Shown here: piece by piece, positions 54,052-62,483 of the stretch
How positions within the stretch are numbered: the first letter of the stretch is position 1
Layout of the letters: every line of letters begins with the position of its first letter
Assembly (NCBI GenBank): GCA_030600655.1
Contig: JAUVLP010000002.1
Location: forward strand, 1-63,465
Direction of reading: 5' to 3'
DNA from: Candidatus Eiseniibacteriota bacterium
Lineage (GTDB): Bacteria; Joyebacterota; Joyebacteria; Joyebacterales; Joyebacteraceae
Length of the DNA: 63,465 nt
Position numbers and translations under genes: made by a program
Notes under the pieces: model-generated
Database searches by the model: none
Seen by the model: the letters and a program-made list of their open reading frames with translations, nothing else
Told to the model about the DNA's origin: nothing

Positions 54052-55775
54052 TGAGGATCTCCGCTCAACTCGCCGGGGAGGTTCCGGAGCCGTGCAGCGC
54101 GCTCGTCCTCGTGCTTCGCCCTGTTCTCGGCATCGCGGGAATCAGGGGGATCCCAATGCAACCGGTAGACGACCATCTCAGGTCCCCCACAGACGATGTT
54201 GTCGTCAAGGGTAACTCGGTACACAGGATCGAATATGGCCTCTCCCCTCACCATCTCCGGATACCAGTTCGGGAAGAGGACCGCATAATCCGGTCTCCGC
54301 TCCTTGAGAAACGAGAGCACGGCAGACTCCCGATCGACACCCGGCTTCATGTAGGCCATCACCTCAGGAGAGACTAACCCACAGGTATCCAGGACCTTGC
54401 GCCGAGAAAAATACGTGATTGCGCCGATGTCGTTCGTGGCCACTGTCGCATCCAGAGGCAGGCTGAGATCGATCCACCGCCCCAGAGCAACCTGCATCTC
54501 CTCAATGTTCGCAACCTCCCTGCCGTAGATACGACCGTGGTACCAGCCATTTCTCACCTGAGCGGACAACGCCATCACCATGAAGCCCCATATGAGCGCG
54601 CGCTCGACTACGATTCGCGCCGGTCGACCCAGGAATTTCGCCTCCGCGAGGATTCGCGAGGCGTAACTCGCTGCTCCGTACATCCCAATCGTCCCCATGA
54701 TCAGCATGAGCGGAGCAACCGGAGCAATGTATCGGCCCTCCTGATAGCCGGCTCCACCGAACGGAACAAACACGCCGATCGCGAGCGGAAATAGCAGAAT
54801 CGAAAGCGGAATAATGAAAGAGCGATACTTGCTGCCATCCGCGAACGGAAGCAGGAAGACCATGCGGAGCGCGCCCAGACCCGCGAATACAAAAAGGAGC
54901 GGGCTGTTGTTCAGGCTCTCGTGCATGAAGGAAAGAAAATAGTCGAACGGTCTCACTGTGAGAGAACGCAGAAACTCGACTCCGCTGTGATTGATGAAAG
55001 CGGCTATCATGCCCGTGTTCCACTGAAGAGCTTTCGCGTACACCGTGTTCGGCAGAAAACCGATGCCGAACCTCCTGCTGAACAGCAGAAAGGGAAATAT
55101 GATCAGCAGAAAGAGGGCGATGTGGATGATCGTCGGCAGCAGCCAGTCGCGCGCAACCAGCTCCCTCCATTTGATAAGCTTGTTGGAAAAGACACGGTCC
55201 AGCATCGCGGCAACAAAGAAGATGGTACACTCCGGCCGGGCCAGTGCAGCCAGCCCTAATGCAACCGTCGAGATGTACTGGCGCTTGTCGCCGGGGGTCG
55301 AATACAGAATATGCGCCATGATCCCAGCCAGGCTCAGGGTCACAGCGAGCGTGACCTCCATCCCCGAAAGCGAGGCCCATACCAGTCGCGGCAACGATGC
55401 CACGATCACGGCCGCGAAAAGAGCTTCCCGCGAATCTCCCGAGATCGTCCTTACAAGCACGTAGACAAAGTAAACGGATAGCGAGAGAAAGAGCACGCCC
55501 AGGAGTTTGGCTGCCAGTACCGCATCTCCCCCAACAAGATAGCCGGTCCCCATCACAAGCGTCCACAGCGGAGCCGTGGAACCGGATACGGGTATCCCGG
55601 GATTGTACGAGAACCCATTGCCGAGAGCGAGATTGCGCGCAAACTGTGCGTGTATCCACGCATCGTCGAGTGGGAAACCGAAGGTCCCCGCAGCACTGTA
55701 TTCGTGCCACAGGTAGTAGCCCACAAAGACGAGCATGATGATGAGCGCAATAGTGATATGTCTGCGTGCTTCCAT
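54048..55775 (-). CDS. Polytopic GT-C-fold glycosyltransferase (ArnT/PMT-like)
   Basis: ~575 aa with more than 10 TM helices. The first periplasmic loop has FPLDDAWIHAQFARN (acidic DD motif). ATG at 55775; the track start at 55817 is an extension. Confidence 0.65.
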   Translation of the reverse strand: MEARRHITIALIIMLVFVGYYLWHEYSAAGTFGFPLDDAWIHAQFARNLALGNGFSYNPGIPVSGSTAPLWTLVMGTGYLVGGDAVLAAKLLGVLFLSLSVYFVYVLVRTISGDSREALFAAVIVASLPRLVWASLSGMEVTLAVTLSLAGIMAHILYSTPGDKRQYISTVALGLAALARPECTIFFVAAMLDRVFSNKLIKWRELVARDWLLPTIIHIALFLLIIFPFLLFSRRFGIGFLPNTVYAKALQWNTGMIAAFINHSGVEFLRSLTVRPFDYFLSFMHESLNNSPLLFVFAGLGALRMVFLLPFADGSKYRSFIIPLSILLFPLAIGVFVPFGGAGYQEGRYIAPVAPLMLIMGTIGMYGAASYASRILAEAKFLGRPARIVVERALIWGFMVMALSAQVRNGWYHGRIYGREVANIEEMQVALGRWIDLSLPLDATVATNDIGAITYFSRRKVLDTCGLVSPEVMAYMKPGVDRESAVLSFLKERRPDYAVLFPNWYPEMVRGEAIFDPVYRVTLDDNIVCGGPEMVVYRLHWDPPDSRDAENRAKHEDERAARLRNLPGELSGDPQ

Positions 55776-55871
55776 GCACCTTATCCTATAGGGCCACCAT
55801 CCCGCCGTCAACACCAACAGCTCTGTACGGGCACTATCCCCTTGGCCGGTGTCGATTCGTCCGGTACGGCT

Positions 55872-55912
55872 GTAGAAAGCAAGAGGGGCCCGGAAATGGT
55901 CCCCGAGCCCCT
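55872..55912 (-). terminator. Terminator of the C1 protease gene
   Basis: Minus strand AGGGGCTCGGGGACC-ATTTCC-GGGCCCCT imperfect hairpin followed by CTTGCTTTCT. Confidence 0.5.
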
Positions 55913-55974
55913 GCGTTCAGTCAGGTTGCACTCTGTCTGCGGACTTCCGCCCTGCGCACCGGCGAAATCCAAGC

Positions 55975-58494
55975 CTAGCGCAGCAATACCATCTTCTTCT
56001 CCACCTCGTGATCGTTCGCCTGGAGACTGTAGAGATAGACGCCCGATGCAAGCTCGACGCCCGCATCGTTCTTGCCGTCCCAGATGACCTCGTATCTGTC
56101 CGGCGCAAGCTCGGCATCAACCAGCCGTTTCACACGCCTCCCGTTCACATCAAAGATATCTATGATGACCCTCGATGCGGCGGGAATCGCGTAGGTGATA
56201 CGCGTGATGGGGTTGAACGGATTGGGCGCGTTCTGGAAGAGAGCGAATTGAGTGGGCGTCGGCCAACCGGGCACGTCCGAGTCGGTACTCGTCGCGAAAT
56301 CGCCGTCCGAATCATCATACGATGCCAGGCCTGCTGCATCGCGCGCGACTACGCGGATGCGCGTCGTTTCACTGGAACTGTCCGGAACCGACCACATGAA
56401 CGACCCATCGTTCGTCTCTCCCTCGGCCACAACGTCCGGGAAGCTGTTGCCGCTGTCCCAAGACCGCAGGATATCTATCGAGACGACTCCGACATTGTCT
56501 GACGCCGTCCATGTTATCTCGTGGTCTTCACCACCCGAGAACTCCTCTTCCCCGTTCGGTGACAGCAACTGCACGATCGGCTGTTCGGCATCCGGCCACT
56601 CTCCGACAAGCCACTCGAGCGTTCTGCGTGTGATCGTGTCCCTGACCGCTGAACCCGTTACGCCCTCGATGCCGAACGCGTAGTAGACAAGATTGTGAGT
56701 CGAACTGTGCCGGATAGCTCCATCGAGACCAGGGCCATATTCAAAGATGCCGGTCGACCCGGACCGTGGCTCTATCTCACTCGGGTAGAACTGGTTCATC
56801 GCCGAGTCCTCACCATCCAGTGTGAACGAGAGACCATTCCCGATCGGGTCGCCTGAGATACCATCCAGGCTCCGATAGCCGGAATCGTCAGCGATGTAGT
56901 CCGCGTGCAGATAGTCATGGAGGAAATAGATGTTCCCGTAGTAGTCGAGCGACCAACCGATGTCCTCACCGGAGATCATGAGTGGACGACCCTCATCCAG
57001 GTAGGTCGCCAGCGCTGTCCTGTTATCTCCGTCGAGGTTCCCGCCCCAGCCGTTGTTCCAGAGAACGACCGGATAGCGCCGCATCTCCTCAACTGAGACA
57101 GACCCATCCGACTCCTCGCACCAGAGCCTGTACCCATAACCGTTGTTCTCAAGCGCGCTCTGGAAATAGCTTTCGGTACTCGTTCCACCATCATCGTCGA
57201 CAAGCAGCACCTGTATCGGACCAAGAACGATGCTGAATGTCTCGTTGTGCGTGTAGGTCATGTCGGCCGTTATCTCGAGAGTGAACTGAACCTCAACACC
57301 TACGGGCGCGAACTCGTCCACGACAATCTCGAATGCCGGTGAGCCCGAGGCCGGTGCGCCGGTACCGATACTTCCATAGAATGACGAGTTCTGCGTTACC
57401 TGCACGTAGCTGCTGGATGTAGACATGGTCGCGGCTACGCCGGTCCTGTTAGGTGCAGTCACACCGTTCTGAAGCGACACGGCCATCGACACGGTCTCCC
57501 CGGGGTCGGGACGACCGTCATCATCGCCGGTCGAGTCATCGAAGTCATGACCGTTGTAGGTCACCTGCGAACCATCGTAGTAGTAGAGGAGTTGCGTGCC
57601 ATTTCCAAAATTGCAGCTCCCGTACTTCATCCAGAAATATCCATCTTCGCCAAAGCTCTCGCCCCAGCTGTTCTTAGCCAACCATGCGCCATCACCGCTG
57701 CACGCGGCGTCGTCCCATCCGACTATCAGAACTGCATGGTTGATCGGATCGTCCCCTGCATGCTCATAGCAACCACCACCATAGGAATGGAAATCATCAT
57801 AGACCGTGAAGGTCGTGGCGCATGGGGCTATCAGAACCGCGGTCTTGATAGCATCAATTGTATTGGGAATGTCTACCCACTCGTCCGTCGCCGCGTACTT
57901 CAGGCAATAGTCGTCACCACATGGAACGGTGTCATCCGCCTCGTACGGCATGCATGACTCCAGTACCGCGCCGTGCTCGCGAACGTAGCTCCAGACCCAC
58001 GACGGCCACCCACCACCACAACCGTATCCGGGCGTGCGACACGAGAGGATCTGCTGTTCCGAAAGGTCGTACTCGACTCCCTCGCCGATGAGCACGGCCG
58101 ACTCGAGTGCAGCTATGCCCGCAAAATCCCAGCAGCTTCCGCAGCTTCCCTGACTCGTGACAGGGGACACTCCACCATAATCCCGCCAGTCCCAGGTCGA
58201 CGGATGGTCACGCAGCACCGGAAACGGAAGGTCGTCTTCAGTCAGAACCGCAAACCTGCGTGCGACATCGATCGGCATCCTCGTGCCAAGCAGAGCTCTT
58301 CTCTCTTCTGGAGAGAGGTCCGTTACCCATGTACGCGTGGCAACCCAGCTGTACCCGTTCGTGTCGATTTCTCGCTGGATCGCCTCGATCTCAGGATCGG
58401 ATGCGGGCGACTCCGCCGTAAATGCGGGCGATACCGAGATGGTAAATAGTGCGAGAATAACGACAGCATGGGCTGTGACCTGCTTCATCTTCAA
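55975..58494 (-). CDS. Secreted papain-family (C1A) cysteine protease with Ig-like domains and a T9SS/FlgD-type C-terminal domain
   Basis: 839 aa with a signal peptide. QGSCGSCWDFAG (catalytic Cys), HAVLIVGWDD (His), KNSWG. C-terminus NAPNPFNPITRITY...ASGVYLYSL...KKMVLLR. Confidence 0.88.
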   Translation of the reverse strand: MKMKQVTAHAVVILALFTISVSPAFTAESPASDPEIEAIQREIDTNGYSWVATRTWVTDLSPEERRALLGTRMPIDVARRFAVLTEDDLPFPVLRDHPSTWDWRDYGGVSPVTSQGSCGSCWDFAGIAALESAVLIGEGVEYDLSEQQILSCRTPGYGCGGGWPSWVWSYVREHGAVLESCMPYEADDTVPCGDDYCLKYAATDEWVDIPNTIDAIKTAVLIAPCATTFTVYDDFHSYGGGCYEHAGDDPINHAVLIVGWDDAACSGDGAWLAKNSWGESFGEDGYFWMKYGSCNFGNGTQLLYYYDGSQVTYNGHDFDDSTGDDDGRPDPGETVSMAVSLQNGVTAPNRTGVAATMSTSSSYVQVTQNSSFYGSIGTGAPASGSPAFEIVVDEFAPVGVEVQFTLEITADMTYTHNETFSIVLGPIQVLLVDDDGGTSTESYFQSALENNGYGYRLWCEESDGSVSVEEMRRYPVVLWNNGWGGNLDGDNRTALATYLDEGRPLMISGEDIGWSLDYYGNIYFLHDYLHADYIADDSGYRSLDGISGDPIGNGLSFTLDGEDSAMNQFYPSEIEPRSGSTGIFEYGPGLDGAIRHSSTHNLVYYAFGIEGVTGSAVRDTITRRTLEWLVGEWPDAEQPIVQLLSPNGEEEFSGGEDHEITWTASDNVGVVSIDILRSWDSGNSFPDVVAEGETNDGSFMWSVPDSSSETTRIRVVARDAAGLASYDDSDGDFATSTDSDVPGWPTPTQFALFQNAPNPFNPITRITYAIPAASRVIIDIFDVNGRRVKRLVDAELAPDRYEVIWDGKNDAGVELASGVYLYSLQANDHEVEKKMVLLR

Positions 58495-58525
58495 GTACCT
58501 CCCTTTATCAAGTGACCCAATGCGT

Positions 58526-58555
58526 ATTATACATCAGGTAGCATATTGCTGTCCA
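58526..58555 (-). promoter_or_regulatory. Sigma70-type promoter of the C1 protease gene
   Basis: Minus strand TGGACA (58550-58555), 18-nt spacer, TATAAT (58526-58531). AAGGGAGG lies before the ATG. Confidence 0.45.
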
Positions 58556-58640
58556 GCTGCCGACTTCTACGCACTACCGGATAGCGCGTCGCACTGATGG
58601 TCATCCTGTACCCATATCAAGCATGGCGTGGTATGCCTGC

Positions 58641-58677
58641 GGAAAGACAGAGCCCGCCGGGAATCCCGACGGGCTCT
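58641..58677 (-). terminator. Terminator of the 58715-59920 gene
   Basis: AGAGCCCG...CGGGCTCT outer stem (58649-58677) with an inner CGGG/CCCG stem. On the minus strand it is followed by GTCTTTCC. Confidence 0.55.
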
Positions 58678-58714
58678 ATCGGCCGCAGATGTCCAATTTG
58701 CTAAGCTGGGTATG

Positions 58715-59920
58715 CTACTTGTACATACCCTTGATACGGCCCCAGCTGCTCTGCTCGACCGCAACCGGAATAGTCTCGCCCTCGGCCCACGTGTCGTCCA
58801 CGTTGATGCCAGCACCACCGGCAGCACCCGGACCACAACCATTGTCGGTCGTGTGGAACGTCCACATAACCTTGAGTTCGCTGGCAGGCAGCAAACCACT
58901 GAGGTCTGTACCGTTGAGACCCGACGAACCGAAGCCACCACAACCTGCGAAATCGCCCCACCACGCGCCTGTCTGGTACGTGGTGCCATCAACGATCACG
59001 AAGTCAGTCCAATAGTCGTCGTCGACTGTCGGAACTTCAGCGTGAATCGCCCAGCGCACCGTGCAAGTAACAGCATCAACTGGGATGGCGATGCCGGCAG
59101 TGATCAGCGAGTTGTCAAGGTTCGGCGGGATGAGGCTCGTGTCGGCATCATCACCACACCACCACGACGGAATCACGATCGACGAGCAGATGTCGTCGAC
59201 CAGATGCCAGTAATCACCAGCAGTGGCCGGAACGCCAGGCATGCAGAGACCACCGGACTCAACGTCGTCCAGGAAGTACACAGCGCCGCCGTAGAAGTCA
59301 AAGATCTGGATGTTGTCGACCATGTACGCGCCGCCGACTGAATCGTAGTCGCCATCTTCATCCGACCAGGCACCGTCGGAGATGAAGTGGAAACGGGCAT
59401 CGACAATAGGCAGGTCAACACCGGCAAGAATGTAACCGTAGAGGCCGAGGTCGACCCATGTGCCGCCCGGGATCTGGCCGTTGTAACCAGCGTTCTGTGC
59501 GACGTAGACACCACCGACCATCGCCTCAACATACGTGAAATCGAAGTCGGGCTCACTGTCGTAGTAGTGCACAAACGTCAGGATCGGGTACGTAGCACCC
59601 GTGACGTCCGTCGCCGGAATGGTGAGAAGGTCGTTCCAACTATTACCGTAACCACCATTGGCATCAAACGCGAAGCTACCACACCACCAATGGTTCGTGT
59701 CATAGGCCATGTACGTATCGACATGGAAGTGAGGGACCGCTGCGGCCGTGTTGTCGACCGTCACGAATCCTGTCACGTCAGTCATGTCGAAGTAGCCATA
59801 AGTCTCGTTGGCTCTGTTCGGACCCTGGAACTCATTCACCGGATACTCTGTCTGGGTCTTGGCTGAAGCAACACCCATGCAGAGAACCACAATCGTAAGC
59901 GCAACTATGATCGTTCTCAT
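58715..59920 (-). CDS. Secreted Trp/Asp-rich protein of unknown function (two related beta-sandwich-like modules)
   Basis: The ATG at 59920 lies after GGAGGAG and gives the signal peptide MRTIIVALTIVVLCMGVASA. There are two modules, each containing WWCG. The protein ends SSWGRIKGMYK. I recognise no catalytic motif. Confidence 0.75.
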   Translation of the reverse strand: MRTIIVALTIVVLCMGVASAKTQTEYPVNEFQGPNRANETYGYFDMTDVTGFVTVDNTAAAVPHFHVDTYMAYDTNHWWCGSFAFDANGGYGNSWNDLLTIPATDVTGATYPILTFVHYYDSEPDFDFTYVEAMVGGVYVAQNAGYNGQIPGGTWVDLGLYGYILAGVDLPIVDARFHFISDGAWSDEDGDYDSVGGAYMVDNIQIFDFYGGAVYFLDDVESGGLCMPGVPATAGDYWHLVDDICSSIVIPSWWCGDDADTSLIPPNLDNSLITAGIAIPVDAVTCTVRWAIHAEVPTVDDDYWTDFVIVDGTTYQTGAWWGDFAGCGGFGSSGLNGTDLSGLLPASELKVMWTFHTTDNGCGPGAAGGAGINVDDTWAEGETIPVAVEQSSWGRIKGMYK

Positions 59921-60004
59921 TCTCTCTCCTCCGAAAAGCCATTTCTGCGGCGCAGAATCCATCACTAGCACTAGCAATACAGCCACCATCTTGAACGCAG
60001 CGGT

Positions 60005-60085
60005 TCAGAAGCAGATCTGGGTGAGAGCGTCATCGCGCGTCCTCATGGATCTCGCGCGCTCAACAGATCGTGCCCCTACATGCAT
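60005..60085 (-). CDS. Candidate 26-codon sORF with a strong SD
   Basis: AGAGGAGGA (core at 60093-60097) lies 7 nt before the ATG at 60085. Product MHVGARSVERARSMRTRDDALTQICF. It has no homology support. Confidence 0.25.
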   Translation of the reverse strand: MHVGARSVERARSMRTRDDALTQICF

Positions 60086-60190
60086 AGACGTTCCTCCTCT
60101 GATAATCTGATCCATTGGTTGCTCAATTCAGTTGCTCTGATTGCACAGAACCATCCGGCAACGCAAAGCGCATTTTCCAATCTTCCCAGA

Positions 60191-60250
60191 GGGGCATACG
60201 AAGAGATCCACCCCTTCGTATCACCCCATGCGTGCGTCACTTACGCACGC
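60191..60250. other. Two adjacent stable stem-loops in the comM-downstream spacer
   Basis: H2 (60191-60227) is GGGG-c-ATACGAAG...CTTCGTAT-ca-CCCC. H1 (60230-60250) is GCGTGCGT-cactt-ACGCACGC. Confidence 0.5.
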
Positions 60251-60411
60251 CACTGCCATATGCATACAATTACTCGCAAGCCTCTGGAGTACTCGTAGTA
60301 GCATAAACGCGACCAGTCTTGCCTCATTCCGCAAGAGGCTACCCGCAGACCCCTTGTCTCACGCGGCTTCTCAAGAAACACCCGCCTGTGCCCTCGACAC
60401 TGCTGCTGTGG

Positions 60412-61938
60412 CTATGAACGGCCATCCTGTCCGCAGCCCCTGTACTGGAGTGCTTCGAGAACATGGGGCGCAAGGGTTGTCTCATCGCCCGCCAGATCTG
60501 CGATGGTTCGAGCCACACGCAGCAACCTATGGTAAGCCCTTACTGAAAGCCCAAGCCTGTCCATAGCCGCGCCTGCAATCTCTGTTGCCTCCCGCGCCGG
60601 TCTTACCCTTTCCACCAGTATTCTCACCGGAACACCTGCATTCCACCACACGTCGCCAAGATCGCCGTACCGGTCCCGCTGCATCTCCCGCGCGGCTTCG
60701 ACACGCCTACGAACGGCCTCCGACTCCGGCTCATCTCCTCCTCCCCGGAGTTCCTTGAATCCGGGCGCTGCCACCGGTACGCGGATGTCGATTCTGTCAA
60801 GCAGCGGCCCGGATAGTTTGAGACGATACCGACGCACGGCGGCAGGAGTACACAGGCATTTCCTCGTGGGGTCACCGAGGTGTCCGCAAGGACATGGGTT
60901 CATGCTCGCGATGAGCGCAAACGAAGCCGGAATCCGCACCGTCATCATCGAGCGGGCGATAGTCACGTAGCCGTCCTCCAACGGCTGACGGAGCGCCTCG
61001 AGCACATCCCTGCGAAACTCCGGCAGCTCATCGAGAAAGAGAACGCCGGCATGCGCAAGACTCACCTCCCCCGGCTGGGGAACGCGCCCACCTCCTATCA
61101 TCCCCGGGCCGGAGATGGCATGATGGGGTGCTCTGAATGGCCTCCTTTCCAGAAGGCCACTCCCTGGAGACAGCAATCCGGACACGCTGTGAATCGCCGT
61201 CGCGATCACGGATTCCCCGCGCGTGAGCGGTGGCAGGATGGTGGGCAGCCTTCTCGCCAACATCGTCTTTCCCGCACCCGGAGGACCGATCATGAGAAGG
61301 TTGTGATTACCGGCCGCGGCTATCTCCAGAGCACGTTTCGCGAAGCGCTGACCTTTGACCTCGCTCAGATCGTATCGGGCCACGTCAGAAACAGCTGCAC
61401 ACGGAACACTCGAACACGAATCCGGTTCTCCCCCGGACAGGACTCTGGCCGCGCTCCCAAGACCGGCAACGGGAAGAACACGCAGTGAACCGAGAGCGGA
61501 CGCTTCTCCCGCGTTACCCGTGGGTACCATGATCGCCGACACACCCTCTCGCTCGGCGGTCAGCGCAACTGGCAACACCCCACCTACGGGTCTTGTCGAC
61601 CCGTCCAACGCAAGCTCTCCGACAACAACCATGCGCTCGAGTGGACCGGGATCGATCTGCCCGGTGGCCGCCAGGAGACCGAGCGCTATCGGAAGATCGA
61701 ATCTGGCTCCCTCCTTCCTGACACCTGCGGGCGCCAGATTGACAGTGATCCTGTCCATGGGGAAGCGGAACCCCGCGTTGCGAATCGCCGACGCAACACG
61801 GTCACGACCCTCGCGCACAGCACTGTCCCCCAACCCCACGGTCACGAACGCCGGCAACCCCCGTGTGACGTCGGTTTCGACCCTGACCATGTACCCTTCG
61901 ATGCCCGTCACTCCCCCACTCAAGACTATCGAAAGCAC
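60412..61938 (-). CDS. comM: Mg-chelatase-like AAA+ ATPase ComM/YifB
   Basis: N-terminal Lon-S5-like domain (VETDVTRGLPAFVTVGL), Walker A MIGPPGAGKTML, and a C-terminal ChlI-like region. GTG at 61938 lies 9 nt after GGAGGAG and avoids overlap with yraN. Confidence 0.92.
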   Translation of the reverse strand: MLSIVLSGGVTGIEGYMVRVETDVTRGLPAFVTVGLGDSAVREGRDRVASAIRNAGFRFPMDRITVNLAPAGVRKEGARFDLPIALGLLAATGQIDPGPLERMVVVGELALDGSTRPVGGVLPVALTAEREGVSAIMVPTGNAGEASALGSLRVLPVAGLGSAARVLSGGEPDSCSSVPCAAVSDVARYDLSEVKGQRFAKRALEIAAAGNHNLLMIGPPGAGKTMLARRLPTILPPLTRGESVIATAIHSVSGLLSPGSGLLERRPFRAPHHAISGPGMIGGGRVPQPGEVSLAHAGVLFLDELPEFRRDVLEALRQPLEDGYVTIARSMMTVRIPASFALIASMNPCPCGHLGDPTRKCLCTPAAVRRYRLKLSGPLLDRIDIRVPVAAPGFKELRGGGDEPESEAVRRRVEAAREMQRDRYGDLGDVWWNAGVPVRILVERVRPAREATEIAGAAMDRLGLSVRAYHRLLRVARTIADLAGDETTLAPHVLEALQYRGCGQDGRS

Positions 61939-61964
61939 AATCGTAATCTCCTCCCCACGCGTGA

Positions 61965-62330
61965 TCAGCTCTCGCCGAACGCTCCCGGAATATGATTCAG
62001 GCGGAGTCCAAAGCCCCCATCCTCGAGAAGCACCTCGACCACGTCGAAGCGACAACCGACATCGTGAAGCGAGCGCTCTCGCAAATAGCCACGTGCCGCG
62101 AACAGGATCTGTCTTCTCTTCCGCATGTTTACAGCTTCACCCGGTGTTCCCCACCGTCCAGACCGCCGGAACTTCACTTCGACAAAGATCACCCGATGTC
62201 CGTCCCAGGCGATTATGTCGATCTCTTTCGTGCGATACCGGTACCCACGCTCGAGGATTCTGTATTCCTTGAGACGGAGGAACGCGGCGGCAATCCATTC
62301 AGCAAGGGTGCCTGATGCGCGTCTGTCCAT
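61965..62330 (-). CDS. yraN: YraN-family (UPF0102) endonuclease-like protein
   Basis: GTLAEWIAAAFLRLKEYRILERGYR...KEIDIIAWDG..VIFVEVKFRR matches the YraN pattern. ATG at 62330. Confidence 0.88.
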   Translation of the reverse strand: MDRRASGTLAEWIAAAFLRLKEYRILERGYRYRTKEIDIIAWDGHRVIFVEVKFRRSGRWGTPGEAVNMRKRRQILFAARGYLRERSLHDVGCRFDVVEVLLEDGGFGLRLNHIPGAFGES

Positions 62331-62360
62331 TGCAACCTGATCAGGGGCGTGCAGAAACAA

Positions 62361-62420
62361 GGGAACCAGGGAACATTCAGCAGCAGAGACAAGGGGAACC
62401 GTTCAGCAGGTAGAGACAAG
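62361..62420. repeat. Tandem direct repeat (~26 nt x 2.3) upstream of yraN
   Basis: gggaacca (62361-62368), gggaacattcagcagcagagacaag (62369-62393), gggaaccgttcagcaggtagagacaag (62394-62420). 23 positions are identical between the two full units. Confidence 0.9.
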
Positions 62421-62423
62421 AGG

Positions 62424-62445
62424 CGAGGTGGAATCCGCCACCTCG
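62424..62445 (-). terminator. Hairpin after rnhB
   Basis: CGAGGTGG (62424-62431) / CCACCTCG (62438-62445) with a 6-nt loop. On the minus strand it is followed by CCTCTTGTCTCT. Confidence 0.45.
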
Positions 62446-62483
62446 TGGGCGCATGAGAAGAGCCATCTCGGGGAATGTTGGGG

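Noticed and set aside
54502-55779. 425-aa same-strand alternate-frame ORF inside the GT-C gene
   Set aside because: The annotated frame gives a coherent polytopic membrane protein coupled to the PAP2 gene. The alternate frame is Arg/Cys/His-rich nonsense.
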